NCBI GenBank assembly: GCA_905188025.1
Contig: CAJJKI010000003.1
Location: forward strand, 1,767-65,766
Source: an uncultured Eubacteriales bacterium
Lineage (GTDB): Bacteria > Bacillota_I > Bacilli_A > RF39 > UBA660
Direction: 5' to 3'
DNA: 64,000 bases
Shown: one piece after another, positions 53,771-62,461 of the stretch
How the letters are laid out: each line of letters opens with the position of its first letter
Numbering within the stretch: the stretch's first letter is position 1
Notes under the pieces: model-generated
Told to the model about the DNA's origin: nothing
Databases searched by the model: none
The model's input: only the letters and a program-made list of their open reading frames with translations
Program-made: the position numbers and the translations under genes

Positions 53771-55393
53771 CTACATTTGTTCTCTTGGAATTATACCAAG
53801 TAGATTAAGTGAATTATTAATTACAATTTTTATTGATTTTAATAGCACCATATGTTCACTGGTATATTGTTCATCTTCAGTAATAAATTTTTCTTGGGAA
53901 TAATATGAGTGAAATAGGGTAGCTAATTCATAGACATAATTACAAATAATATGGGGCTGACGTTTTTCTGCCGCTGAAATAATAGTATCAGTATAGTTTA
54001 GTAATTTGTTCATAATAGTATATGCTAATGGTTCATTTAATGTATGATATTCTTTTAATGGTTCTATTTCTTTTTTATAATTATTTAGTATTGAAGTTAT
54101 TCTAGCATTAGCATATTCAATATAATATACTGGATTTTCATTACTATTTTTAATGGCTAATGAGATATCAAAATCCATTTGGGTATCAAGACTTTTTGAA
54201 GCAAAGAAATATCTAGTGGCATTAATACCAACTTCTTCGATAAGGTCATTTAATGTAATTGTTTTACCAGTTCTTTTACTGATCTTTATTTCTTCGCCAT
54301 CTTTTAGTAATCTTACCATCTGTAATAATTTTACGTCAAGGATACTACTATCATATCCTAGAATTTCTAGGGCTCCTTTTAGACGGTTAACATAACCATG
54401 ATGGTCAGCTCCAAAGACGTCTATTAACATATCAAAGCCACGATCTATTTTGTTAGCATGATAGGCAATATCTGGTAATAGATATGTGTAGTTACCATCA
54501 TTTTTTACGATAACACGATCTTTTTCATCACCATAATTTGAAGTTTTTAACCATAGGGCGCCATCTTCGATATAACATTCATCATTCTTTTTGAAAGAAG
54601 TTAATACTTTTTCAACATAGCCACGATCATATAAAGATTTTTCACTAGTAAAGACATCGAAGTTAACTCTGAAAGTATCTAGATCTTTTTTGATTTGTTG
54701 AAGAAGAATATTTAATCCTTCTTGTTTAAAGAATTCTATGTCTTCAGATAATTTTTGATCTTGATATGTTTCATAAATTGATTGTGCTAAGGCAATTATT
54801 TCTTTTCCGTGGTAACCATCTTCAGGTATTTCATAAGGAAGACCGCAAACTTCTTTGTAACGTTCTTTGATAGATATACCCAAGTTATTCATTTGATTTC
54901 CAGCATCATTTATATAGTACTCTCTAGTTACGTCGTAGCCTGATGCAGACATTATTCTTGATAAGTTATCACCATAAGCAGCGCCACGACCATGACCTAT
55001 ATGGAGGGTACCTGTAGGGTTAGCACTAACGTATTCAATATTTACCTTTTTATTATTACCTAGATTATTCTTACCATAGTTTTTGCCTTCTTCAATAATA
55101 GTAGATAACTCTTGATATAGCTTATCTTTATTGAGATAGAAGTTTATAAAACCAGGAGCGGCTATTTCTACTTTATCAATAGAATCACTAGCAATATTTT
55201 CTTTGATTGTATTAGCTATTTCCATAGGATTTTTATGAAGAATTTTAGTTAATACTAAAGCTACATTAGTAGAATAGTCACCATGAGTAGCATCTTTAGG
55301 AATTTCAATAACTATTTTATCTAAATCCAAAGCAATATCAGCTTTTTCTAGGCTTGATTTTATTATTTGTTGTAATTCTTTTTTTATACTCAT
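53771..55393 (-). CDS. argS: Arginine--tRNA ligase
   Basis: 540 aa. SANPTGTLHIGHGR (HIGH) and the ISKRTGK variant of KMSK. C-terminal anticodon-binding domain ending in M. Confidence 0.95.
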   Translation of the reverse strand: MSIKKELQQIIKSSLEKADIALDLDKIVIEIPKDATHGDYSTNVALVLTKILHKNPMEIANTIKENIASDSIDKVEIAAPGFINFYLNKDKLYQELSTIIEEGKNYGKNNLGNNKKVNIEYVSANPTGTLHIGHGRGAAYGDNLSRIMSASGYDVTREYYINDAGNQMNNLGISIKERYKEVCGLPYEIPEDGYHGKEIIALAQSIYETYQDQKLSEDIEFFKQEGLNILLQQIKKDLDTFRVNFDVFTSEKSLYDRGYVEKVLTSFKKNDECYIEDGALWLKTSNYGDEKDRVIVKNDGNYTYLLPDIAYHANKIDRGFDMLIDVFGADHHGYVNRLKGALEILGYDSSILDVKLLQMVRLLKDGEEIKISKRTGKTITLNDLIEEVGINATRYFFASKSLDTQMDFDISLAIKNSNENPVYYIEYANARITSILNNYKKEIEPLKEYHTLNEPLAYTIMNKLLNYTDTIISAAEKRQPHIICNYVYELATLFHSYYSQEKFITEDEQYTSEHMVLLKSIKIVINNSLNLLGIIPREQM

Positions 55394-55764
55394 TTTTCAT
55401 CACTCATTTCTAATAAATATATATATTCATTTATTTCATCGTTTTCTTCTATTTGATAGGATATTTTTAAATAATTCTCTTTTATTTCTAAAGAAGTAGT
55501 ACGAATACTAAAAAATAGACTAGTATTATATTCTTTAAGATAGTATTCAGATTTTGTTGGTTTTGATAAATCATAAGTCATAGAATGATTTATTTCATGG
55601 TTATCACGAATAAGTATTACTTTATCAGGATATATTTTTATATTAGTTTTAGTATCATTATCAAGATAAGTAATATTTTCTTTATTTTTAATTCCGTGAG
55701 TATCAATAGAATACTGAGAATTTTCTTTTAAATTATGTAAATATCCAGTTAATTTAACTTTTAT
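55390..55764 (-). CDS. DUF1934 (YwiB-like) protein, apparently initiated at a non-canonical ATA codon
   Basis: The ORF track shows only the last 63 aa (from the ATG at 55581). The frame is open up to 55785. GGAGGTG-ttttt-ATA AAA GTT AAA... gives (M)KVKLTGYLHNLKENSQYSIDTHGIKNKENITYLDNDTKTNIKIYPDKVILIRDNHEINHSMTYD... (124 aa). The stop overlaps the argS ATG (ATGA). DUF1934 upstream of argS is a conserved Firmicutes pairing. Confidence 0.7.
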   Translation of the reverse strand: MKVKLTGYLHNLKENSQYSIDTHGIKNKENITYLDNDTKTNIKIYPDKVILIRDNHEINHSMTYDLSKPTKSEYYLKEYNTSLFFSIRTTSLEIKENYLKISYQIEENDEINEYIYLLEMSDEK

Positions 55765-55794
55765 AAAAACACCTCCAATAAGAATTCACTAGAC

Positions 55795-55823
55795 ATTATA
55801 TCATAAGTTATATAAAATTTGAA
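55795..55823 (-). promoter_or_regulatory. Promoter of the DUF1934-argS operon
   Basis: Minus strand reads TTCAAA -17 nt- TGATATAAT, about 30 nt before the ATA codon. Confidence 0.5.
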
Positions 55824-55916
55824 CTCATATTTTTACTTTTTTTAGAAATAATAAATATAGATAGGAAAAACTGTTGATAAATAAGGTTTTTTTGATGGTA
55901 TGGAGGATAAAAATAT

Positions 55917-57950
55917 ATGAAAATTATTAAAAAGATGGGGAAAGTTATTTTGATATTAGTAGGAATTTTTATTTTAGCTAATTTAGGATTATATATTTAT
56001 TGTTTAATTACTCCGAAAATTCAAATATCAAGAAATCAATCTTATTATTTATATGATATGGATGGGGAACAAATATTTAATAATTATAGTTGGGTTTCTT
56101 TGGATGATGTTAGTCCTTATGTAATAGATGCTACTTTATCTACTGAAGATAAACATTTTTATTATCATATTGGATTTGATTATTTAAGAATAGGGAAGGC
56201 TATGATTAAGAATATTGCTTCAGGGAGTCTTTTGGAAGGAGCTTCGACAATTACGCAACAGTATGCAAGAAATTTATATTTAAATTATGAAAAGACTTGG
56301 AAGAGAAAGATTGATGAAGCAGTACTTGCTTTTGAACTAGAGACACATTATACTAAGGATGAAATTTTAGAGGGATATTTAAATACTATTAATTATGGGG
56401 GAATTTTTGGGATAGAGAATGCTTCTAAATATTATTTTAATAAATCATCAAAAGATTTGACTTTAGGAGAAGCAGCAATGTTAGCAGGGATACCTCAATC
56501 TCCTTCGAATTATTCTCCTCTTACTAATGAAGAGTTGGCTAAAAAAAGACAAAAAACTGTACTTACTTTGATGATGAATAATAAGAAGATTAGTCAGGAA
56601 GAGTTAGATAATGCTTATCAAGAAAAATTAAATTATATAGGGAATAGGGGAACAGATATTACTTCAGGATTATTATATTATAAAGATGCTGTACTGGAAG
56701 AATTAAAAACTATTCCTAGTATTCCTGAGTCTTTGTTAACTACTGGGGGAATAAAAATATATACTACTTTAGATATAAATGCTCAAAAAGAATTAGAAAA
56801 TTCTGTTAATAATAAAGAACTTGGTGACTTGCAAATAGCGGCTATACTAATGGATCCTAATGATGGGGGAGTATTAGCTTTGATTGGAGGAACTAATTAT
56901 AATAGTAGTCAATATAATAGGGCTATTAAGGCTAAAAGACAAGTTGGATCAACTATGAAGCCATTTTTATATTACGCAGCATTGGAGAGTGGGTTTACTT
57001 CAGCTTCTTCTTTTATTAGTGAGAGAACTACTTTTTCATTTGCTAATAATAAGAAATATACTCCAAAAAACTATAATGATAGATATGCTAATGGACCTTT
57101 ATCTATGGGAGCTGCTATTGCATACTCTGATAATATTTATGCTGTTAAAACACATTTATTTTTAGGAGAAGAAAAGTTAGTGAATATTTCTAATAGACTA
57201 GGTATTAGTAATGATTTAGAAGCTGTTCCTTCACTAGCTTTGGGAACGGAAGAAATTAGTTTGATGGATATGGTTAGTGCATATTCGGCTTTTGCTAATA
57301 TGGGGAGTAAGGTACATGGACATTTAATTAAAAAGATTTTAGATAGTAAAGGGAATGTTTTATATGAATATAAGGAGGAGAAAGTTAATATACTAAATGA
57401 AAGTTTGGTATATATATTAAATGAAATGTTAACTTATACATATGATAAAGATTTTATTAATTATAATTATCCAACGATGATTAGTTTGGCTCCTAGAATG
57501 ACAAAGAAGTATTCTATCAAGTCAGGAACTACAAATACTGATATGTGGATTATAGGATATAATAAAGAGGCTGTTTTAGGAATATGGACAGGATATGATG
57601 ATAATAGAATATTAGATAAAAATGATACGGGATATCATAAAGATATTTGGATAGAAACAATGGAAGGATATTTGAAAGATAAAAAAAGTACTTGGTATGA
57701 GGCTCCAAGTAATATTATAGGAGTGTTAGTTAATCCTATTACTGGTGAGTTAATTAAAAATGATAATGAGAAGGGAAAAATTTTCTATTTTTTGAAGGGA
57801 ACAGAGCCTTATTTAGATAATAGTTATGATTGGGATGCGGTATTTAAAGATGAAGATAATGAGCAGCAAGAAAATAATGATATGAATAATAATGATAATA
57901 GTGATAGTAATAATGGTACAAGTAATGATAATGGAGGTAATGATGGATAA
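55917..57950 (+). CDS. Bifunctional class A penicillin-binding protein (glycosyltransferase + transpeptidase)
   Basis: 677 aa. EDKHFYYHIGFD, GASTITQQ, RKIDEA (GT51); STMKP and KSGTT (TPase). Asn/Asp-rich C-terminal tail. Confidence 0.9.
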   Translation: MKIIKKMGKVILILVGIFILANLGLYIYCLITPKIQISRNQSYYLYDMDGEQIFNNYSWVSLDDVSPYVIDATLSTEDKHFYYHIGFDYLRIGKAMIKNIASGSLLEGASTITQQYARNLYLNYEKTWKRKIDEAVLAFELETHYTKDEILEGYLNTINYGGIFGIENASKYYFNKSSKDLTLGEAAMLAGIPQSPSNYSPLTNEELAKKRQKTVLTLMMNNKKISQEELDNAYQEKLNYIGNRGTDITSGLLYYKDAVLEELKTIPSIPESLLTTGGIKIYTTLDINAQKELENSVNNKELGDLQIAAILMDPNDGGVLALIGGTNYNSSQYNRAIKAKRQVGSTMKPFLYYAALESGFTSASSFISERTTFSFANNKKYTPKNYNDRYANGPLSMGAAIAYSDNIYAVKTHLFLGEEKLVNISNRLGISNDLEAVPSLALGTEEISLMDMVSAYSAFANMGSKVHGHLIKKILDSKGNVLYEYKEEKVNILNESLVYILNEMLTYTYDKDFINYNYPTMISLAPRMTKKYSIKSGTTNTDMWIIGYNKEAVLGIWTGYDDNRILDKNDTGYHKDIWIETMEGYLKDKKSTWYEAPSNIIGVLVNPITGELIKNDNEKGKIFYFLKGTEPYLDNSYDWDAVFKDEDNEQQENNDMNNNDNSDSNNGTSNDNGGNDG

Positions 57951-57951
57951 A

Positions 57952-57987
57952 AAAACATTAGATGATATTTAGTCAATCTAATGTTTT
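57952..57987. terminator. Bidirectional terminator hairpin (twin of 59854..59883)
   Basis: AAAACATTAGAT-gatatttagtca-ATCTAATGTTTT (12 bp) followed by a T-run. Lies between the convergent PBP and parB-like genes. Confidence 0.6.
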
Positions 57988-58004
57988 TGATTTTTATTAT
58001 ATTT

Positions 58005-59435
58005 TTATATTTCTATGATGATACAATGATTTGTTTCATTACTGTATAGTTTATATTGAATACCTTCTTGATTTAGGAAATTTGTTGTTTTAGTAAGTTT
58101 ATCTTCAGGTACTGGTGTACTAGTAACAGGAACTTCATATGGTTCAGGTGTTGGTACTGGCTGTTCATTATTAATAGGTGATACTCCTTTAGAGGTAGAG
58201 AAAAGTGGTGTATCAACAAAAGTTGTTGGTTCTTGAACGGTAGTAGGCTCTACTACTGGAGTATTAACTGGTTGATTATTTATTTCACTATTAAATAATG
58301 GAGTATCAACATAAGCTGTTGATTCAGAATTTATAGCTGGTGTTGGAGATACTTCAGGAGTGGCTGGTGTGGGATTACTCATGATAGAGCTTGTAAAGTC
58401 AGGTATTGGATTTTCATTTGTATTATTAAATAGGGGAGTATTTAATTGCTCTACTTGTTGACTTTGCTCTATACTTGGCATTTGAGGCTCAATAGCAGGA
58501 GCTACTGGGGTAGGAGCAGGTGTTTGAAAATTAATAAATGGATTAGCTGCTGCTACGTTAGCTGGCTCTACTGATGGAGCAATATTTTGAGTTGGCATTA
58601 CAGTTTCTTGAACTGGTGCCATAGGTTCATTCATACTTTGCATATTTAAGCTATTTAATGAAGTATTATTGTTATTTAAATTAGGGTTAATTTGACTGTT
58701 AAAATTAGGAAAAAAGTTTCCATTATTCATATTATCACTTTCCTTTTCTTCTTTTCCATTAGTATTATCTTCTTTATAATCTTTTAAAGACTTCATAATA
58801 TCAGAAATAGTCATTTCTATTTCATCTTGTTCTTCTTGATCTTTTTTAATTAATTCATCTAAATCTTTAACTGTTAGACGATTATCTATTATTTGTTTAA
58901 GAAAATTTGTTTGTTTAGTAGGATTTTCTACATTTAGGAGACTTCTAGCATGTCTTTCACTTATTTTTTTATTAATTAGGGCTTCTTGTATTTCTTTTGG
59001 TAAAGTTAGTAATCTTAATTTATTAGCAATAGTTGACTGAGATTTACCAAGAAGAGCTCCTAATTCATTTTGATTCATTTTAGTTAAATCTAGAATTTGT
59101 TTGATTGATTCAGCTTCTTCGATAGAATTTAGATTTTCGCGTTGAAGATTTTCAATTAGGGCTACTTCAGCCATTTTTTGATCATCTAAATCTTTGATAA
59201 TTACAGGAACTGTTGGAAGATTTAGACTTTTTGCAGCACGCCATCTTCTTTCTCCGGCAATTATTTGGTAGATATCACCTTGTTTTCTAACGAGAATAGG
59301 GTTAATTATACCATATGTTTTTATTGATTCTGCTAACTCTTTAATAGTTGATTCATTGAAGGTTTTTCTTGGTTGATAGGGGTTGGGAGTTAGCAAATCA
59401 ATATTCAAATTGACAAGACTTGCATTTTCTTGCAA
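58005..59435 (-). CDS. ParB/Noc-family protein with a long low-complexity C-terminal extension
   Basis: 476 aa with a TTG start after GAGGGTGA. N-terminal ParB domain NPYQPRK, IIAGERRWRAAK (CTP-binding Arg patch), HTH GKSQSTIANKLRLL, ISERHARSLL. Residues ~225-445 are Asn/Pro/Thr/Gln-rich. Short structured-looking end IQYKLYSNETNHCIIIEI. Confidence 0.85.
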   Translation of the reverse strand: MQENASLVNLNIDLLTPNPYQPRKTFNESTIKELAESIKTYGIINPILVRKQGDIYQIIAGERRWRAAKSLNLPTVPVIIKDLDDQKMAEVALIENLQRENLNSIEEAESIKQILDLTKMNQNELGALLGKSQSTIANKLRLLTLPKEIQEALINKKISERHARSLLNVENPTKQTNFLKQIIDNRLTVKDLDELIKKDQEEQDEIEMTISDIMKSLKDYKEDNTNGKEEKESDNMNNGNFFPNFNSQINPNLNNNNTSLNSLNMQSMNEPMAPVQETVMPTQNIAPSVEPANVAAANPFINFQTPAPTPVAPAIEPQMPSIEQSQQVEQLNTPLFNNTNENPIPDFTSSIMSNPTPATPEVSPTPAINSESTAYVDTPLFNSEINNQPVNTPVVEPTTVQEPTTFVDTPLFSTSKGVSPINNEQPVPTPEPYEVPVTSTPVPEDKLTKTTNFLNQEGIQYKLYSNETNHCIIIEI

Positions 59436-59570
59436 AATATCACCCTCTTTATATTCATTCTTCTTTATCTTATAATAATATAATACACTAGTTCAATATT
59501 TTTTTCAAGTTTTTTTTAAAAATTATGTGATATACTAGTAAGTATAAAAATATTTATTTTGAGGTGTGAG

Positions 59571-59846
59571 ATGAAAACTAGTAATAAAGAAATAAGTTTT
59601 GAAGATGCTATTGAAATAGCTGATATAGATAATAGCATTTTGAAGAGAAGAAATAATGGGTTATTATTAAGTGATTATCAGGTTAATGTTTTAAGTGATA
59701 GGGGAATTATGTATGAAAAATATGGCAGCATTCATGAACTATTATTTGATATTGAGGAAATACTTAATGATGAATATGATGATGAACTAGATAGTATTAG
59801 TAAACAATTAGCTGAAATGGCTTATTATAGAGAGACTAAAAAATAG
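59571..59846 (+). CDS. Hypothetical acidic protein (91 aa)
   Basis: The ATG at 59571 follows GAGGTG. No recognisable motifs. Divergent from the parB-like gene. Confidence 0.45.
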   Translation: MKTSNKEISFEDAIEIADIDNSILKRRNNGLLLSDYQVNVLSDRGIMYEKYGSIHELLFDIEEILNDEYDDELDSISKQLAEMAYYRETKK

Positions 59847-59853
59847 ATATTAA

Positions 59854-59883
59854 AAAACATTAGATTTATTTTTCTAATGTTTT
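59854..59883. terminator. Bidirectional terminator hairpin (twin of 57952..57987)
   Basis: AAAACATTAGA-tttatttt-TCTAATGTTTT (11 bp). Flanked on both sides by TAGATAT, which contains the two convergent stop codons. Confidence 0.55.
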
Positions 59884-60583
59884 AGATATCTCTTTTTTTT
59901 ATTTGAGAATATGATCTTGGATATATTTTGGGAGTTTGTTTTGTTTTTGTTATTTTGTATATAGTACGGTATCCGGCTTCATGTGGAAGATTAAAATTAA
60001 TTATTGATTCATTAGCAAGATATAATTTTTTGTAATAATTATCAATATTATTTAGCTCTTCAGTGATATTACCTTTTAGGGAAACGAATGTACCTCCTAT
60101 TTTTAATAGTGGAATAGCATACTCTAGGAGATGCTTTAGAGGAGCAACAGCACGTGAGGTGATAATATCATATTTTTCACGATTTTCTTGAGCATAATCT
60201 TCGGCGCGAGCGCAAATAACATGAATGTTTTTTAAATCTAGTTCAGTGATAACTTTTTCTAGAAAATGACATTTCTTGGCAGTTGAATCTAGCAAGTCTA
60301 CTTTTAATTCTGGAAATACTATTTTTAAAACTAGACCAGGAAAACCAGCTCCGGAACCGATATCTAGAAGGTATTCATCTTTTAGGTTGATAGATTTTAC
60401 AATGGTGAGGGAATCATAAAAATGCTTAAGATATACAGCTGATTCTTCAGTGATGGTTGTTAAGTTGTATTTAGCATTTTCAGTTACCAATAAGTGATAG
60501 TAAGCATCTAATTTTTTTAGTGTATCAACAGAAATGTTTATATCTAGGTGTTTTAATTCATTTATAAATTCTTCTTTATTCAT
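59882..60583 (-). CDS. rsmG: 16S rRNA (guanine527-N7)-methyltransferase RsmG
   Basis: 233 aa. LDIGSGAGFPGL SAM-binding motif and SRAVA motif. Downstream of mnmG. Confidence 0.9.
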   Translation of the reverse strand: MNKEEFINELKHLDINISVDTLKKLDAYYHLLVTENAKYNLTTITEESAVYLKHFYDSLTIVKSINLKDEYLLDIGSGAGFPGLVLKIVFPELKVDLLDSTAKKCHFLEKVITELDLKNIHVICARAEDYAQENREKYDIITSRAVAPLKHLLEYAIPLLKIGGTFVSLKGNITEELNNIDNYYKKLYLANESIINFNLPHEAGYRTIYKITKTKQTPKIYPRSYSQIKKRDI

Positions 60584-62453
60584 TATACTTCTTCCTTAAA
60601 TATATTAATAAGATAGAGATATCAGCTGGATTTACTCCACTTATTCTTAGGGCTTGGCCAATTGTAGTTGGATTTACCTTTTCTAATTTTTGTCGAGCTT
60701 CGCTAGCGAGATTAGGAATATCTTTGTAATCAATATCAATAGGAATTTGTTTTTCTTCTTGTTTTAACATTTTTGCAGCTTCTTTGTTTACTTTATCAAT
60801 ATATCCAGCATATTTGATAGATATTTCTACTTGTTCCATGACATCTTCTTTGTATGAGTCATCTAGTAAACCATTTTCTTTTAATTTTTCAATAGTTATC
60901 TCAGTTCTTTTTAAAAGGTCATATAGAGTTATTGAATCTTTTATGTTAGCACTTGAAAGGCTAGTTAATAAATTGTTGGTATTTTGAGTAGGATTTAATT
61001 TAGTTGTTTGAAGATAATTTTTGAAAGACTCTATTGATGATAATTTTTGGGTAAATTTTTCATAACGAGGTTCTTTAATTAATCCTACTTGATATCCATA
61101 TGGAGTTAAGCGAATATCAGCATTATCATGACGAAGAAGGAGACGATATTCAGCACGAGAAGTAAGCATACGATATGGTTCAATAGTGCCTTTAGTAACT
61201 AGATCATCGATAAGAACTCCAATATATGATTCATTTCTTTTTAAGATTAGTGGGGATTTCTCATCTATTGATAAAGCGGCATTGATACCTGCGATGATAC
61301 CTTGACCAGCGGCTTCTTCATATCCACTTGTACCATTTATTTGACCGGCGGTATATAGATTTTTTAATACTTTTGTTTCTAGTGATCTTGTTATTTGAGT
61401 AGGATAGATGGCATCATATTCAATAGCATAGGCATATTTATTGATAATGGCATGCTCTAATCCCGGGAGAGAGTGAACCATTTTTTCTTGAACGTCACGA
61501 GGCATAGAGGTAGAAAATCCTTGAAGATACATGTCATCATAATAGATACTTTCAGGTTCAATAAATAGTTGGTGACGCTCTTTGTCAGCAAAACGAACTA
61601 TTTTATCTTCAATAGATGGGCAATATCTTGGACCAACACCTTTTATGTCATCACGTCCACCATACATAGCTGATTTATTTAGGTTATCTAGAATTATTTT
61701 ATGTGTTTCTTTTGTAGTATATATTAAGTGGCATGGTATTTGTTTAGATGTATCATAATAATGAGGTTCTTCGGTGTTGAAACTGTAACATACAGGGTCT
61801 CCTGGCTCTTCTTGGGTTTTACTGAAGTCTATTGATGACTTGGCTATTCTTTGGGGAGTGCCTGTTTTTAGTCTTAGAATATCGAAGCCATATGATTTTA
61901 ATTTATCACTTAGGTGCATTGAGGGCTTTTCGCCATGAGGGCCACTTCTTGTTCTTTCACTACCTACTAGGATATCTGATTTTAGATAAGTACCCGTTGT
62001 TAAGATTACTTTTTGACTACGAATTTTGGTACCATCCGCAAGGACTACTCCTTTAACTGCTTGATTTTCAACAATTAAATCTTCGACCATTGATTCTAGT
62101 AGGGTTAATTTTTCTTGTTTTTTAAGAGTTTTCAACATTTCTTGTGGATATGTTACTTTATCTACTTGGGCTCTTAATGATCTTACAGCTGGCCCTTTAG
62201 AGGAATTTAGCATTTTCATTTGAAGGGCTGTTTTATCTGCTATACGACCCATTTCTCCACCAAGTGCATCTATCTCACGGACTATTATTCCTTTAGCAGA
62301 ACCACCAATTGATGGGTTACATGGTAAGGTAGCTACATTATTTATATTGGAAGTTATTAAAAGGGTAGTTTTTCCAATACGAGCTGATGCTAGAGCGGCT
62401 TCACAACCTGCATGGCCAGCTCCAACGACAATTATGTTATATTCATATTTCAT
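60576..62453 (-). CDS. mnmG: tRNA uridine-5-carboxymethylaminomethyl modification enzyme MnmG
   Basis: Start at MKYEYNIIVVGAGHAGCEAA (FAD dinucleotide fold). GQINGTSGYEEAAGQG motif. The track frame opens at 62477. Confidence 0.95.
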   Translation of the reverse strand: MKYEYNIIVVGAGHAGCEAALASARIGKTTLLITSNINNVATLPCNPSIGGSAKGIIVREIDALGGEMGRIADKTALQMKMLNSSKGPAVRSLRAQVDKVTYPQEMLKTLKKQEKLTLLESMVEDLIVENQAVKGVVLADGTKIRSQKVILTTGTYLKSDILVGSERTRSGPHGEKPSMHLSDKLKSYGFDILRLKTGTPQRIAKSSIDFSKTQEEPGDPVCYSFNTEEPHYYDTSKQIPCHLIYTTKETHKIILDNLNKSAMYGGRDDIKGVGPRYCPSIEDKIVRFADKERHQLFIEPESIYYDDMYLQGFSTSMPRDVQEKMVHSLPGLEHAIINKYAYAIEYDAIYPTQITRSLETKVLKNLYTAGQINGTSGYEEAAGQGIIAGINAALSIDEKSPLILKRNESYIGVLIDDLVTKGTIEPYRMLTSRAEYRLLLRHDNADIRLTPYGYQVGLIKEPRYEKFTQKLSSIESFKNYLQTTKLNPTQNTNNLLTSLSSANIKDSITLYDLLKRTEITIEKLKENGLLDDSYKEDVMEQVEISIKYAGYIDKVNKEAAKMLKQEEKQIPIDIDYKDIPNLASEARQKLEKVNPTTIGQALRISGVNPADISILLIYLRKKYNE

Positions 62454-62461
62454 TTTATCAC

